Below, in pieces: positions 35,781 to 51,100 of a stretch of 64,000 bases of DNA. Below the pieces are notes generated by a model. The model did no database searches, was not told the DNA's origin, and was given only the letters and a program-made list of their open reading frames with translations. The translations under genes were made by a program, and so were the position numbers. The number at the start of each line of letters is the position of its first letter. Position 1 is the stretch's first letter. This stretch comes from Eledone cirrhosa (Eukaryota), in contig CAXHJY010000669.1 in NCBI GenBank assembly GCA_964016885.1, forward strand, positions 1,012-65,011, given 5' to 3'.

Positions 35781-37499
35781 TATATGATTATATATATATA
35801 TCACATCTCATGTGTTGTATGTGTGTAGATTTGTGTGTTTGTGTGTCAATTCCCTTTCTTTATGATATGTACTTGCTAAAGGGTGGTAACTCAACAAGAC
35901 TAATAACTAAAGACCACTAAAATAAGTACAAGTCGAATTACTGTGTTTGTAGCAAGTGGGTAAATCTCACTATGCCCCAATGAGTAGATGTAGTTATAGT
36001 TCAATGACTGAATCCAGTTGAATAATATATTTTTATTGTTCTCCACATCAAGAAATTAAATTATTCTCAGCTCCCTTTCTCTTTTCCATCCCTCTCTGCC
36101 CCTACTACTTTCTCTTTGTCCCTTACATGTCTTTCTCTCTCTTCATCCTCTGTTCTCCCTCCTTTCTATCTATTCCCTTTCCTTTCACTATCTCTTAAAT
36201 GTCTTTCTTGCTCTCTACCCCCCCCCCCCTCCTTTCTATCTATCCATTACATACACACATGCCTGTATATTTGCACATTTCTCTAATGTAATTTGTATAA
36301 TCTAACAAATTCTTCATCTAATGAGTTGTATATGAAAGTTAACAAGTGAATTAGAAATAGAAAGAGAGAGAAATAAAATTAAAGAGAGGAAGAGCAAGAC
36401 AAGATTAGAAAGAGAGATAAAAAAGAAAGAGAGGAATAGAATTAAAGAGAGGAAGAGCAAGAGAAGATTAGAAAGAGCACTAGCAAAAGATAGAGAGAGA
36501 AAAAAGAGAGATGATATCACTTACATTTGATGTAAGGTCCCTCCACATCTGTAAATGTAGAATGAAACATTAATAGAAGATTGGATTAAATAAAAAGATA
36601 ACATCTAACTTGCTGAAAATGATGAAATTTAATACTGAAATATTAACAGTAAGAAGTGTGTCCTCCTTCAACAAAGTTCCTGTTAAAGTCAACCAAGCTG
36701 GTGTATGTGACAAGCTTGACATCAGTACAAACGTGAAGATGTCCTGCAATGACAGGTTTATATAACCTATGCCAGAGGAGGAAATAGATTTGTAAAACTA
36801 TGACAATTCTGACAATATTTCAACTCACATAATGAACAGGTTTAATAAGAAGTCTATAAATGTTTATTTCTGTATTTACATTATACATAAATGTAGTAGC
36901 TTCAATAGTTAATTCTTAAACAATCTGTAATGGTTTAGAAAATATCTAAAAATAGCCTTGTTAATTCAAATGTTTATAGCATCTTTACTATTAGATAGAC
37001 CATTGTGAAAATCTTCAGTATTAGAGTAAAGATTTTAATATTAAATAGAATGAAGACATTGTTGTATTTTGTGTTTCAAGAATGTCTTTCTGATGTGGTT
37101 TCATGCAGTACAGGTCATTAAGGGTTAAGAATGCTGACAATACTAAAAGTTCATAACTTTTGTATTGATTTAACTGAAGCTATCCTGGGAAGTAAAAAAA
37201 TAAAAGTTAAATGATATGAAAGCATTAGTTATTTATGAAGGAAAAGGAGTCTGGCTTTAGATACACTTAACTTTAGCCTGTATATTCTAAAAGCAACACC
37301 AAATATATACAGAATCAGTGAAAAATGAAATGGAAAACAATAAATTCTAGTATAGTTATCTAATTCTTTATATACTTCACATTTAATGTTATTGATATTC
37401 AGTATATTTAACCCTTTGGATACCAACTAGCCCCAAACTACCTCTGATTCTATGAAACAAAACCACCTATTTTAAAAGGTTTCCATTTAAATTAAAATC

Positions 37500-37795
37500 T
37501 TGACAGGTTTGATGCCAAGTGCTACATGGCTGGAATGAAAATCAGTGCTGTAAAAACTGAGAGACTCGTTCTCTCGAGGAAGCTTGCACATTGCACTCTA
37601 CATGAGATTGGAGTTCCACTGAAGTCGGTAGAGAAGTTTAAGTATCTCGGGGCTGTGTGCACATGTGATGGAAGGAAGGAGGCTGAATTAAATGCAAGAA
37701 TTGCAGGAGCTGGTGCAGCAATGCACCAGCTTTAGCATTCAGTAATCAGAAGAAGGGAGGTAGACATAAAAGTCAAACTCACTATCTTCAATTCA
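37500..37795 (+). mobile_element. Internal fragment of a different RTE family (Rex3/Expander-like RT C-terminal part)
   Basis: GMKISAVKTERLVLSRK..C.L....PLKSVEKFKYLG..CTCDGRKEAELNARIAGAGAAMHQL*HSVIRRREVDIKVKLTIF matches the RTE post-RT region. Lacks the Cys/His finger of the 7 kb and 12 kb family. Confidence 0.75.
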
Positions 37796-39189
37796 GAGAA
37801 GTAGTAGCTCTACCTGGAATGACTTTCTGATCTCCAAACCATGTACCCTATTGAGTAACGTTGTTCCAAAGACCCTTGAGAAGGACAAGAAGAGGAAGAA
37901 GAAAGAAAAAGAATAAAAAGAAAAGAGATTAGAAATTTCATTTACCATTTTGGAATTTGATATTGGAAACTAGGCCAGAAGAAATAAATGCAGTTTCATA
38001 AGAAAACATTTTAAAATAAAAAATAGAAGATAACATTATGATAAACTGTGAACGTTTTTGCTCTGAAGACATAAATAAGTAGAAAAACTTTAAAGCAAAG
38101 AATGAAGAAGCCTTGCTTGAACAACTATTATTCAGCACACATTAAAGTATTGCTCACATATGGGAACTAGAACAAGCTACATCTTTTAACAACATGCAAA
38201 CAAAGACCATACATCTAATAAAGCAAGCTTTTACATCACTAACAGTTTACAAAACCTAGTGTCTATCATAAACATGTGTTTGCTCTTTCTCTAGCTTCTG
38301 TTACAAAAATGATTTTTGCTTCTCTGAACTTCCTCACTACATACTCTCTCCCCTCCCACCTTATCTATCACAAAGACTGTCTCCTCTCATAGACACAACC
38401 CTAAATGTGTTGCCAAACCCTGCCATGGTTCCTTTCCAACAAGTCTGGCACTCTACTGTCTTGGCCACTTCCACTGCATTTTTATACACTTTCATGATCT
38501 TATTTCTAATGAAAAGTACTTGCTTGGATGCTTTAATATATTTTGAAAATAAAACAAGAATTTCAAAAGGATTTAGTAGAATAAAAAATGTACTTAATTA
38601 AGCTAGTGGTTGAAACACAGCATAGCATTAAGTTTCAATTGAAATATAAACACTTTAAGCCTTTTGATACTGCCTGAAACTGACCCAGGTTTTATTATAC
38701 AAAATTATGTTTTAAAGTGTGTATATTTAACTGAAAACCTTTCACATTTTTATGTAAGGATCTTTGTTAAGTTATTTTTCAAACACCAACTTAATAATGA
38801 GGAAATTAGTTATATTACTAAACCCCTCCAAATTCTTGATTATTTTTTGCTCTATGTCTAAGAATACATTATCCAAAGGGTCTTGTTTTCAAAGTTGGTA
38901 GTGCACGATTTAAGGGAGATTTGGCTGCAGTTTCTAACATAAACAGTTATAATGGAAATTACAATAATGACAGTAATGAAGTTCCAGTTCTGAAAAATGG
39001 AATGTAAATTATTCCACCATGCAGGTATGACGTACAGTTTCTCATGACAAAATTCTCCCCAGAAATTTGAAAACTTAAGACAATTTCAATCGAAGCCATT
39101 TTAACTTGATTACAACACTGAATTTCTATTGCATCAACTACAACAACATGACAATGATAAATATAATGTCAATAATTGAGATGACAATT

Positions 39190-42100
39190 ACTGTTATGAT
39201 GTGAAAATATTAGCTGTTATGATGTGACGAAAGAAACTGTTATGATGTGACAATAGTAACTGTTATGATGTGACAATAGTAACTGTTATGATGTGACAAT
39301 AGTAACTGTCATGATGTGACAATAGTAACTGTCATGATGTGACAATAGTAACGGTCATGATGTGACAATATTAGCTGTTATGTTGTGACAATAGTAAATG
39401 TTATGATGTGACAATAGTAACTGTCATGATGTGACAATAGTAACTGTCATGATGTGACAGTATCTGTTATGATGTGACAATAGTAACTGTCATGATGTGA
39501 CAATAGTAACTGTCATGATGTGACAATAGTAACTGTTATGATGTGACAGTATCTGTTATGATGTGACAATAGTAACTGTCATGATGTGACAATAGTAACT
39601 ATTATGATGTGACAATAGTAACTGTTATGATGTGACAATAGTAACTATCATGATGTGACAATAGTAAATGTCATGATGTAACAATAGTAAATGTCATGAT
39701 GTAACAATAGTAAATGTCATGATGTAACAGTAGTAAATGTCATGATGTGACAATAGTAACTGTCATAATGTGACAATAGTAACTGTCATGATGTGACAAT
39801 AGAAACTGTCATGATGTGACAATAGTAACTGTCATGATGTGACAATAGTAACTGTCATGATGTGACAATAGTAACTGTCATGATGTGACAATAGTAACTG
39901 TTATGATGTGACGATAGTAACTGTTATGATGTGACAATAGTAACTGTCATGATGTGACAATAGTAACTGTTATGATGTGACAGTATCTGTTATGATGTGA
40001 CAATAGTAACTGTCATGATGTGACAATAGTAACTGTTATGATGTGACAATAGTAAATGTCATGATGTGACAATAGTAACTGTCATGATGTGACAATAGTA
40101 ACTGTCATGATGTAACAAGAGTAACTGTTATGATGTGACAATAGTAACTGTCATGATGTGACAATAGTAACTGTCATGATGTGACAATAGTAACTGTTAT
40201 GATGTGACAATAGTAACTGTCATGATGTGACAATAGTAACTGTCATGATGTGACAATAGTAACTGTCATGATGTGACAATAGTAACTGTCATGATGTGAC
40301 AATAGTAACTGTTATGATGTGACAATAGTAACTGTCATGATGTGACAATAGTAACTGTCATGATGTGACAATAGTAACTGTCATGATGTGACAATAGTAA
40401 CTGTCATGATGTGACAATAGTAACTGTTATGATGTGACAATAGTAACTGTCATGATGTGACAATAGTAACTGTCATGATGTGACAATAGTAACTGTTATG
40501 ATGTGACAATAGTAACTGTCATGATGTGACAATAGTAACTGTCATGATGTGACAATAGTAACTGTCATGATGTGACAATAGTAACTGTCATGATGTGACA
40601 ATAGTAACTGTCATGATGTGACAATAGTAACTGTCATGATGTGACAATAGTAACTGTCATGATGTGACAATAGTAACTGTCATGATGTGACAATAGTAAC
40701 TGTCATGATGTGACAATAGTAACTGTTATGATGTGACAATAGTAACTGTCATGATGTGACAATAGTAACTGTCATGATGTGACAATAGTAACTGTTATGA
40801 TGTGACAATAGTAACTGTCATGATGTGACAATAGTAACTGTCATGATGTAACAATAGTAAATGTCATGATGTAACAATAGTAAATGTCATGATGTAACAA
40901 TAGTAAATGTCATGATGTGACAATAGTAACTGTCATGGTGTGACAATAGTAAATGTCATGATGTGACAATAGTAACTGTCATGATGTAACAATAGTAAAT
41001 GTCATGATGTGACAATAGTAACTGTCATGATGTGACAATAGTAACAGTTATGATGTGACAATAGTAACTGTCATGATGTAACAATAGTAAATGTCATGAC
41101 GTAACAATAATAAATGTTATGATGTAACAATAGTAACTGTCATGATGTGACAATAGTAACTGTCATGATGTAACAATAGTAAATGTCATGACGTAACAAT
41201 AATAAATGTTATGATGTAACAATAGTAACTGTCATGATGTGACAATAGTAACTGTCATGATGTGACAATAGTAACTGTCATGATGTAACAATAGTAAATG
41301 TCATGATGTGACAATAGTAACTGTCATGATGTGACAATAGTAACTGTCATGATGTGACAATAGTAACTGTCATGATGTAACAATAGTAAATGTCATGATG
41401 TGACAGTAACTGTCATGATGTGACAATAGTAACTGTCATGATGTAACAATAATAAATGTCATGATGTGACAGTAACTGTAATGATGTGACAATAGTAACT
41501 GTCATGATGTGACAATAGTAACTGTCATGATGTGACAATAGTAACTGTCATGATGTGACAATAGTAACTGTCATGATGTGACAATAGTAACTGTCATGAT
41601 GTGACAATAGTAACTGTCATGATGTGACAATAGTAACTGTTATGATGTGACAATAGTAACTGTCATGATGTGACAATAGTAACTGTCATGATGTGACAAT
41701 AGTAACTGTCATGATGTGACAATAGTAACTGTCATGATGTGACAATAGTAACTGTCATGATGTGACAATAGTAACTGTCATGATGTGACAATAGTAACTG
41801 TCATGATGTGACAATAGTAACTGTCATGATGTGACAATAGTAACTGTCATGATGTGACAATAGTAACTGTCATGATGTGACAATAGTAACTGTTATGATG
41901 TGACAATAGTAACTGTTATGATGTGACAATAGTAAATGTCATGATGTGACAATAGTAACTGTCATGATGTGACAATAGTAACTGTCATGATGTGACAATA
42001 GTAACTGTTATGATGTGACAATAGTAAATGGCATGATGTGACAATAGTAACTGTCATGATGTGACAATAGTAAGTGTCATGATGTGACAATAGTAACTGT

Positions 42101-45100
42101 TATGATGTGACAATAGTAAATGTCATGATGTGACAATAGTAACTGTCATGATGTGACAATAGTAACTGTCATGATGTGACAATAGTAACTGTCATGATGT
42201 GACAATAGTAACTGTCATGATGTGACAATAGTAACTGTTACGATGTGACAGTATCTGTTATGATGTGACAATAGTAACTGTCATGATGTGACAATAATAA
42301 ATATTATGATGTGACAATAGTAACTGTCATGATGTGACAATAGTATCTGTCATGATGTGACAATAGTAACTGTCATGATGTGACAATAGTAACTGTCATG
42401 ATGTGACAATAGTAACTGTCATGATGTGACAATAGTAACTGTCATGATGTGACAATAGTAACTGTCATGATGTGACAATAGTAACTGTCATGATGTGACA
42501 ATAGTAACTGTCATGATGTGACAATAGTAACTGTCATGATGTGACAATAGTAACTGTCATGATGTGACAATAGTAACCGTCATGATGTGACAATAGTAAC
42601 TGTTATGATGTGACAATAGTAACTGTCATGATGTGACAATAGTAACTGTCATGATGTGACAATAGTAACTGTCATGATGTGACAATAGTAACTGTTATAA
42701 TGTGACAATAGTAACTGTCATGATGTGACAATAGTATCTGTCATGATGTGACAATAGTAAATGTCATGATGTAACAATAGTAACTGTTATGATGTGACAA
42801 TAGTAACTATTATGATGTGACAATAGTAACTGTCATGATGTGACAATAGTAACTGTCATGATGTGACAATAGTAACTGTCATGATGTGACAATAGTAACT
42901 GTCATGATGTGACAATAGTAACTGTCATGATGTGACAATAGTAACTGTTATGATGTGACAATAGTAAATGTCATGATGTGACAATAGTAACTGTTATGAT
43001 TTGACAATAGTAACTGTCATGATGTGACAATAGTAACTGTCATGATGTGACAATAGTAAGTGTCATGATGTGACAATAGTAACTGTCATGATGTGACAAT
43101 AGTAACTGTCATGATGTGACAATAGTATCTGTCATGATGTGACAATAGTAAATGTCATGATGTGACAATTGTAACTGTCATGATGTGACAATAGTAACTT
43201 ATGATGTGACAATAGTAATGGTCATGATGTGACAATAGTAACTGTCATGATGTGACAATAGTAACTGTCATGATGTGACAATAGTAACTGTCATGATGTG
43301 ACAATAGTAACTATCATGATGTGACAATCGTAACTGTCATGATGTGACAATAGTAACTGTCATGATGTGACAATAGTAAATGTTATGATGTGACAATAGT
43401 AACTGTCATGATGTGACAATAGTAACTATCATGATGTGACAATAGTAACTGTCATGATGTGACAATAGTAACTGTCATGATGTGACAATAGTAACTGTCA
43501 TGATGTGACAATAGTAACTGTCATGATGTGACAATAGTAACTGTCATGATGTGACAATAGTAACTGTTATGTGACAATAGTAACTGTCATGATGTGACAA
43601 TAGTAACTGTCATGATGTGACAATAGTAACTGTCATGATGTGACAATAGTAAATGTCATGATGTGACAATAGTAAATGTCATGATGTGACAATAGTAACT
43701 GTTATGATGTAACAATAGTAACTGTCATGATGTGACAGTAGTAACTGTCATGATGTGACAATAGTAACTGTCATGATGTGACAATAGTAACTGTCATGAT
43801 GTGACAATAGTAACTGTCATGATGTGACAATAGTAACTGTCATGATGTGACAATAGTAACTGTTATGATGTGACAATAGTAACTGTCATGATGTGACAAT
43901 AGTATCTGTCATGATGTGACAATAGTAACTGTCATGATGTGACAATAGTAACTGTCATGATGTGACAATAGTAACTGTCATGATGTGACAATAGTAACTG
44001 TCATGATGTGACAATAGTAACTGTCATGATGTGACAATAGTAACTGTCATGATGTGACAATAGTAACTGTCATGATGTGACAATAGTAACTGTCATGATG
44101 TGACAATAGTAAATGTTATGATGTGACAATAGTAACTGTCATGATGTGACAATAGTAACTGTCATGATGTGACAATAGTAACTGTTATGATGTGACAATA
44201 GTAACTGTCATGATGTGACAATAGTAACTGTCATGATGTGACAATAGTAACTGTCATGATGTGACAATAGTAACTGTCATGATGTGACAATAGTAACTGT
44301 CATGATGTGACAATAGTAACTGTCATGATGTGACAATAGTAACTGTCATGATGTGAAAATAGTAAATGTCATGATGTGACAATAGTAACTGTCATGATGT
44401 GACAATAGTAACTGTCATGATGTGACAATGGTAAATGTTATGATGTGACAATAGTAACTGTCATGATGTGACAATAGTAACTGTCATGATGTGACAATAG
44501 TAACTGTCATGATGTGACAATAGTAACCGTCATGATGTGACAATAGTAACTGTCATGATGTGACAATAGTAACTGTCATGATGTGACAATAGTAACTGTC
44601 ATGATGTGACAATAGTAACTGTCATGATGTGACGATAGTAACTGTTATGATGTGACAATAGTAACTGTTATGATGTAACAATCGTAACTGTCATGATTTG
44701 ACAATAGTAACTGTCATGATGTGACAATAGTAACTGTTATGATGTGACAATAGTAACTGTCATGATGTGACAATAGTAACTGTCATGATGTGACAATAGT
44801 AACTGTCATGATGTGACAATGGTAAATGTTATGATGTGACAATAGTAACTGTCATGATGTGACAATAGTAACCGTCATGATGTGACAATAGTAACTGTCA
44901 TGATGTGACAATAGTAACTGTCATGATGTGACAATAGTAACTGTCATGATGTGACAATAGTAAGTGTCATGATGTGACAATAGTAACTGTCATGATATGA
45001 CAATAGTAACTATCATGATGTGACAATAGTAACTATCATGATGTGACAATAGTAACTGTCATGATGTGACAATAGTAACTGTCATGATGTGACAATAGTA

Positions 45101-48100
45101 ACTGTCATGATGTGACAATAGTAACTGTCATGATGTGACAATAGTAACTGTCATGATGTGACAATAGTAACTATCATGATGTGACAATAGTAACTGTCAT
45201 GATGTGACAATAGTAACTGTCATGATGTGACAATAGTAACTGTCATGATGTGACAATAGTAAATGTCATGATGTGACAATAGTAACTGTCATGATGTGAC
45301 AATAGTAACTGTCATGATGTGACAATGGTAAATGATATGATGTGACAATAGTAACTGTCATGATGTGACAATAGTAACTGTCATGATGTGACAATAGTAA
45401 CTGTCATGATGTGACAATAGTAACTGTTATAATGTGACAATAGTAACTGTCATGATGTGACAAAAGTATCTGTCATGATGTGACAATAGTAAATGTCATG
45501 ATGTGACAATAGTAACTGTTATGATGTGACAATAGTAACTGTTATGATGTGACAATAGTAACTGTCATGATGTGACAATAGTAACTGTCATGATGTGACA
45601 ATAGTAACTGTCATGATGTGACAATAGTAACTGTCATGATGTGACAATAGTAACTGTTATGATCTGACAATAGTAAATGTCATGATGTGACAATAGTAAC
45701 TGTTATGATGTGACAATAGTAACTGTCATGATGTGACAATAGTAACTGTCATGATGTGACAATAGTAAGTGTCATGATGTGACAATAGTAACTGTCATGA
45801 TGTGACAATAGTAACTGTCATGATGTGACAATAGTATCTGTCATGATGTGACAATAGTAAATGTCATGATGTGACAATAGTAACTGTCATGATGTGACAA
45901 TAGTAACTTATGATGTGACAATAGTAACTGTCATGATGTGACAATAGTAACTGTCATGATGTGACAATAGTAACTGTCATGATGTGACAATAGTAAATGT
46001 TATGATGTGACAATAGTAACTGTCATGATGTGACAATAGTAACTATCATGATGTGACAATAGTAACTGTCATGATGTGACAATAGTAACTGTCATGATGT
46101 GACAATAGTATCTGTCATGATGTGACAATAGTAACTGTCATGATGTGACAATAGTAACTGTCATGATGTGACAATAGTAACTGTCATGATGTGACAATAG
46201 TAACTGTCATGATGTGACAATAGTAACTGTCATGATGTGACAATAGTAACTGTCATGATGTGACAATAGTAAATGTTATGATGTGACAATAGTAACTGTC
46301 ATGATGTGACAATAGTAACTGTCATGATGTGACAATAGTAACTGTTATGATGTGACAATAGTAACTGTCATGATGTGACAATAGTAACTGTCATGATGTG
46401 ACAATAGTAACTGTCATGATGTGACAATAGTAACTGTCATGATGTGACAATAGTAACTGTCATGATGTGACAATAGTAACTGTCATGATGTGACAATAGT
46501 AAGTGTCATGATGTGACAATAGTAACTGTCATGATGTGACAATAGTAAATGTCATGATGTGACAATAGTAACTGTCATGATGTGACAATAGTAACTGTCA
46601 TGATGTGACAATAGTAACTGTCATGATGTGACAATAGTAACTGTTATGATGTGACAATAGTAACTGTTATGATGCGACAATCGTAACTGTCATGATTTGA
46701 CAATAGTAACTGTAATGATGTGACAATAGTAACTGTCATGATGTGACAATAGTAATTGTCATGATGTAACAATAGTAAATGTCATGACGTAACAATAATA
46801 AATGTTATGATGTAACAATAGTAACTGTCATGATGTGACAATAGTAACTGTCATGATGTGACAATAGTAACTGTCATGATGTAACAATAGTAAATGTCAT
46901 GATGTGACAATAGTAACTGTCATGATGTGACAATAGTAACTGTCATGATGTGACAATAGTAACTGTCATGATGTAACAATAGTAAATGTCATGATGTGAC
47001 AGTAACTGTCTTGATGTGACAATAGTAACTGTCATGATGTAACAATAGTAAATGTCATGATGTGACAGTAACTGTCATGATGTGACAATAGTAACTGTCA
47101 TGATGTGACAATAGTAACTGTCATGATGTGACAATAGTAACTGTCATGATGTGACAATAGTAACTGTCATGATGTGACAATAGTAACTGTCATGATGTGA
47201 CAATAGTAACTGTTATGTGACAATAGTAACTGTCATGATGTGACAATAGTAACTGTCATGATGTGACAATAGTAACTGTCATGATGTGACAATAGTAACT
47301 GTCATGATGTGACAATAGTAACTGTCATGATGTGACAATAGTAACTGTCATGATGTGACAATAGTAACTGTCATGATGTGACAATAGTAACTGTCATGAT
47401 GTGACAATAGTAACTGTTATGATGTGACAATAGTAAATGTCATGATGTGACAATAGTAACTGTCATGATGTGACAATAGTAACTGTCATGATGTGACAAT
47501 AGTAACTGTCATGATGTGACAATAGTAACTGTTATGTGACAATAGTAACTGTCATGATGTGACAATAGTAACTGTCATGATGTGACAATAGTAACTGTCA
47601 TGATGTGACAATAGTAACTGTCATGATGTGACAATAGTAACTGTCATGATGTGACAATAGTAACTGTCATGATGTGACAATAGTAACTGTCATGATGTGA
47701 CAATAGTAAATGTCATGATGTGACAATAGTAACTGTTATGATGTGACAATAGTAACTGTCATGATGTGACAATAGTAACTGTTATGATGTGACAATAGTA
47801 AATGGCATGATGTGACAATAGTAACTGTCATGATGTGACAATAGTAACTGTCATGATGTGACAATAGTAACTGTTATGATGTGACAATAGTAAATATCAT
47901 GATGTGACAATAGTAACTGTCATGATGTGACAATAGTAACTGTCATGATGTGACAATAGTAACTGTCATGATGTGACAATAGTAACTGTCATGATGTGAC
48001 AATAGTAACTGTTACGATGTGACAGTATCTGTTATGATGTGACAATAGTAACTGTCATGATGTGACAATAATAAATGTTATGATGTGACAATAGTAACTG

Positions 48101-51100
48101 TCATGATGTGACAATAGTATCTGTCATGATGTGACAATAGTAACTGTCATGATGTGACAATAGTAACTGTCATGATGTGACAATAGTAACTGTCATGATG
48201 TGACAATAGTAACTGTCATGATGTGACAATAGTAACTGTCATGATGTGACAATAGTAACTGTCATGATGTGACAATAGTAACTGTCATGATGTGACAATA
48301 GTAACTGTCATGATGTGACAATAGTAACTGTTATGATGTGACAATAGTAACTGTCATGATGTGACAATAGTAACTGTCATGATGTGACAATAGTAACTGT
48401 CATGATGTGACAATAGTAACTGTTATAATGTGACAATAGTAACTGTCATGATGTGACAATAGTATCTGTCATGATGTGACAATAGTAACTGTTATGATGT
48501 GACAATAGTAACTGTTATGATGTGACAATAGTAACTGTCATGATGTGACAATAGTAACTGTCATGATGTGACAATAGTAACTGTCATGATGTGACAATAG
48601 TAACTGTCATGATGTGACAATAGTAACTGTCATGATGTGACAATTGTAACTGTCATGATGTGACAATAGTAAATGTCATGATGTGACAATAGTAACTGTT
48701 ATGATTTGACAATAGTAACTGTCATGATGTGACAATAGTAACTGTCATGATGTGACAATAGTAAGTGTCATGATGTGACAATAGTAACTGTCATGATGTG
48801 ACAATAGTATCTGTCATGATGTGACATTAGTAAATGTCATGATGTGACAATAGTAACTGTCATGATGTGACAATAGTAACTTATGATGTGACAATAGTAA
48901 TTGTCATGATGTGACAATAGTAACTGTCATGATGTGACAATAGTAACTGTCATGATGTGACAATAGTAACTGTCATGATGTGACAATAGTAACTGTCATG
49001 ATGTGACAATAGTAACTGTCATGATGTGACAATCGTAACTGTCATGATGTGACAATAGTAACTGTCATAATGTGACAATAGTAACTGTCATGATGTGACA
49101 ATAGTAACTGTTATGATGTGACAATAGTAAATGTCATGATGTGACAATAGTAACTGTCATGATGTGACAATAGTAACTGTCATGATGTGATAATAGTAAC
49201 TGTTATGATGTGACAATAGTAAATGTCATGATGTGACAATAGTAACTGTTATGATGTGACAATAGTAACTGTCATGATGTGACAATAGTAACTGTTATGA
49301 TGTGACAATAGTAAATGGCATGATGTGACAATAGTAACTGTCATAATGTGACAATAGTAACTGTCATGATGTGACAATAGTAACTGTTATGATGTGACAA
49401 TAGTAAATGTCATGATGTGACAATAGTAACTGTCATGATGTGACAATAGTAACTGTCATGATGTGACAATAGTAACTGTCATGATGTGACAATAGTAACT
49501 GTTACGATGTGACAGTATCTGTTATGATGTGACAATAGTAACTGTCATGATGTGACAATAATAAATGTTATGATGTGACAATAGTAACTGTCATGATGTG
49601 ACAATAGTATCTGTCATGATGTGACAATAGTAACTGTCATGATGTGACAATAGTAACTGTCATGATGTGACAATAGTAACTGTTATGATGTGACAATAGT
49701 AACTGTTATGATGCGACAATCGTAACTGTCATGATTTGACAATAGTAACTGTAATGATGTGACAATAGTAACTGTCATGATGTGACAATAGTAACTGTCA
49801 TGATGTAACAATAGTAAATGTCATGACGTAACAATAATAAATGTTATGATGTAACAATAGTAACTGTCATGATGTGACAATAGTAACTGTCATGATGTGA
49901 CAATAGTAACTGTCATGATGTGACAATAGTAACTGTCATGATGTGACAATAGTAACTGTCATGATGTAACAATAGTAAATGTCATGATGTGACAGTAACT
50001 GTCTTGATGTGACAATAGTAACTGTCATGATGTAACAATAGTAAATGTCATGATGTGACGGTAACTGTCATGATGTGACAATAGTAACTGTCATGATGTG
50101 ACAATAGTAACTGTCATGATGTGACAATAGTAACTGTCATGATGTGACAATAGTAACTGTCATGATGTGACAATAGTAACTGTCATGATGTGACAATAGT
50201 AACTGTCATGATGTGACAATAGTAACTATTATGATGTGACAATAGTAACTGTCATGATGTGACAATAGTAACTGTCATGATGTGACAATAGTAACTGTCA
50301 TGATGTGACAATAGTAACTGTCATGATGTGACAATAGTAACTGTCATGATGTGACAATAGTAACTGTCATGATGTGACAATAGTAACTGTCATGATGTGA
50401 CAATAGTAACTGTCATGATGTGACAATAGTAACTGTTATGATGTGACAATAGTAAATGTCATGATGTGACAATAGTAACTGTCATGATGTGACAATAGTA
50501 ACTGTCATGATGTGACAATAGTAACTGTTATGATGTGACAATAGTAAATGTCATGATGTGACAATAGTAACTGTTATGATGTGACAATAGTAACTGTCAT
50601 GATGTGACAATAGTAACTGTTATGATGTGACAATAGTAAATGGCATGATGTGACAATAGTAACTGTCATGATGTGACAATAGTAACTGTCATGATGTGAC
50701 AATAGTAACTGTTATGATGTGACAATAGTAAATGTCATGATGTGACAATAGTAACTGTCATGATGTGACAATAGTAACTGTCATGATGTGACAATAGTAA
50801 CTGTCATGATGTGACAATAGTAACTGTTACGATGTGACAGTATCTGTTATGATGTGACAATAGTAACTGTCATGATGTGACAATAATAAATGTTATGATG
50901 TGACAATAGTAACTGTCATGATGTGACAATAGTATCTGTCATGATGTGACAAGAGTAACTGTCATGATGTGACAATAGTAACTGTCATGATGTGACAATA
51001 GTAACTGTCATGATGTGACAATAGTAACTGTCATGATGTGACAATAGTAACTGTCATGATGTGACAATAGTAACTGTCATGATGTGACAATAGTAACTGT

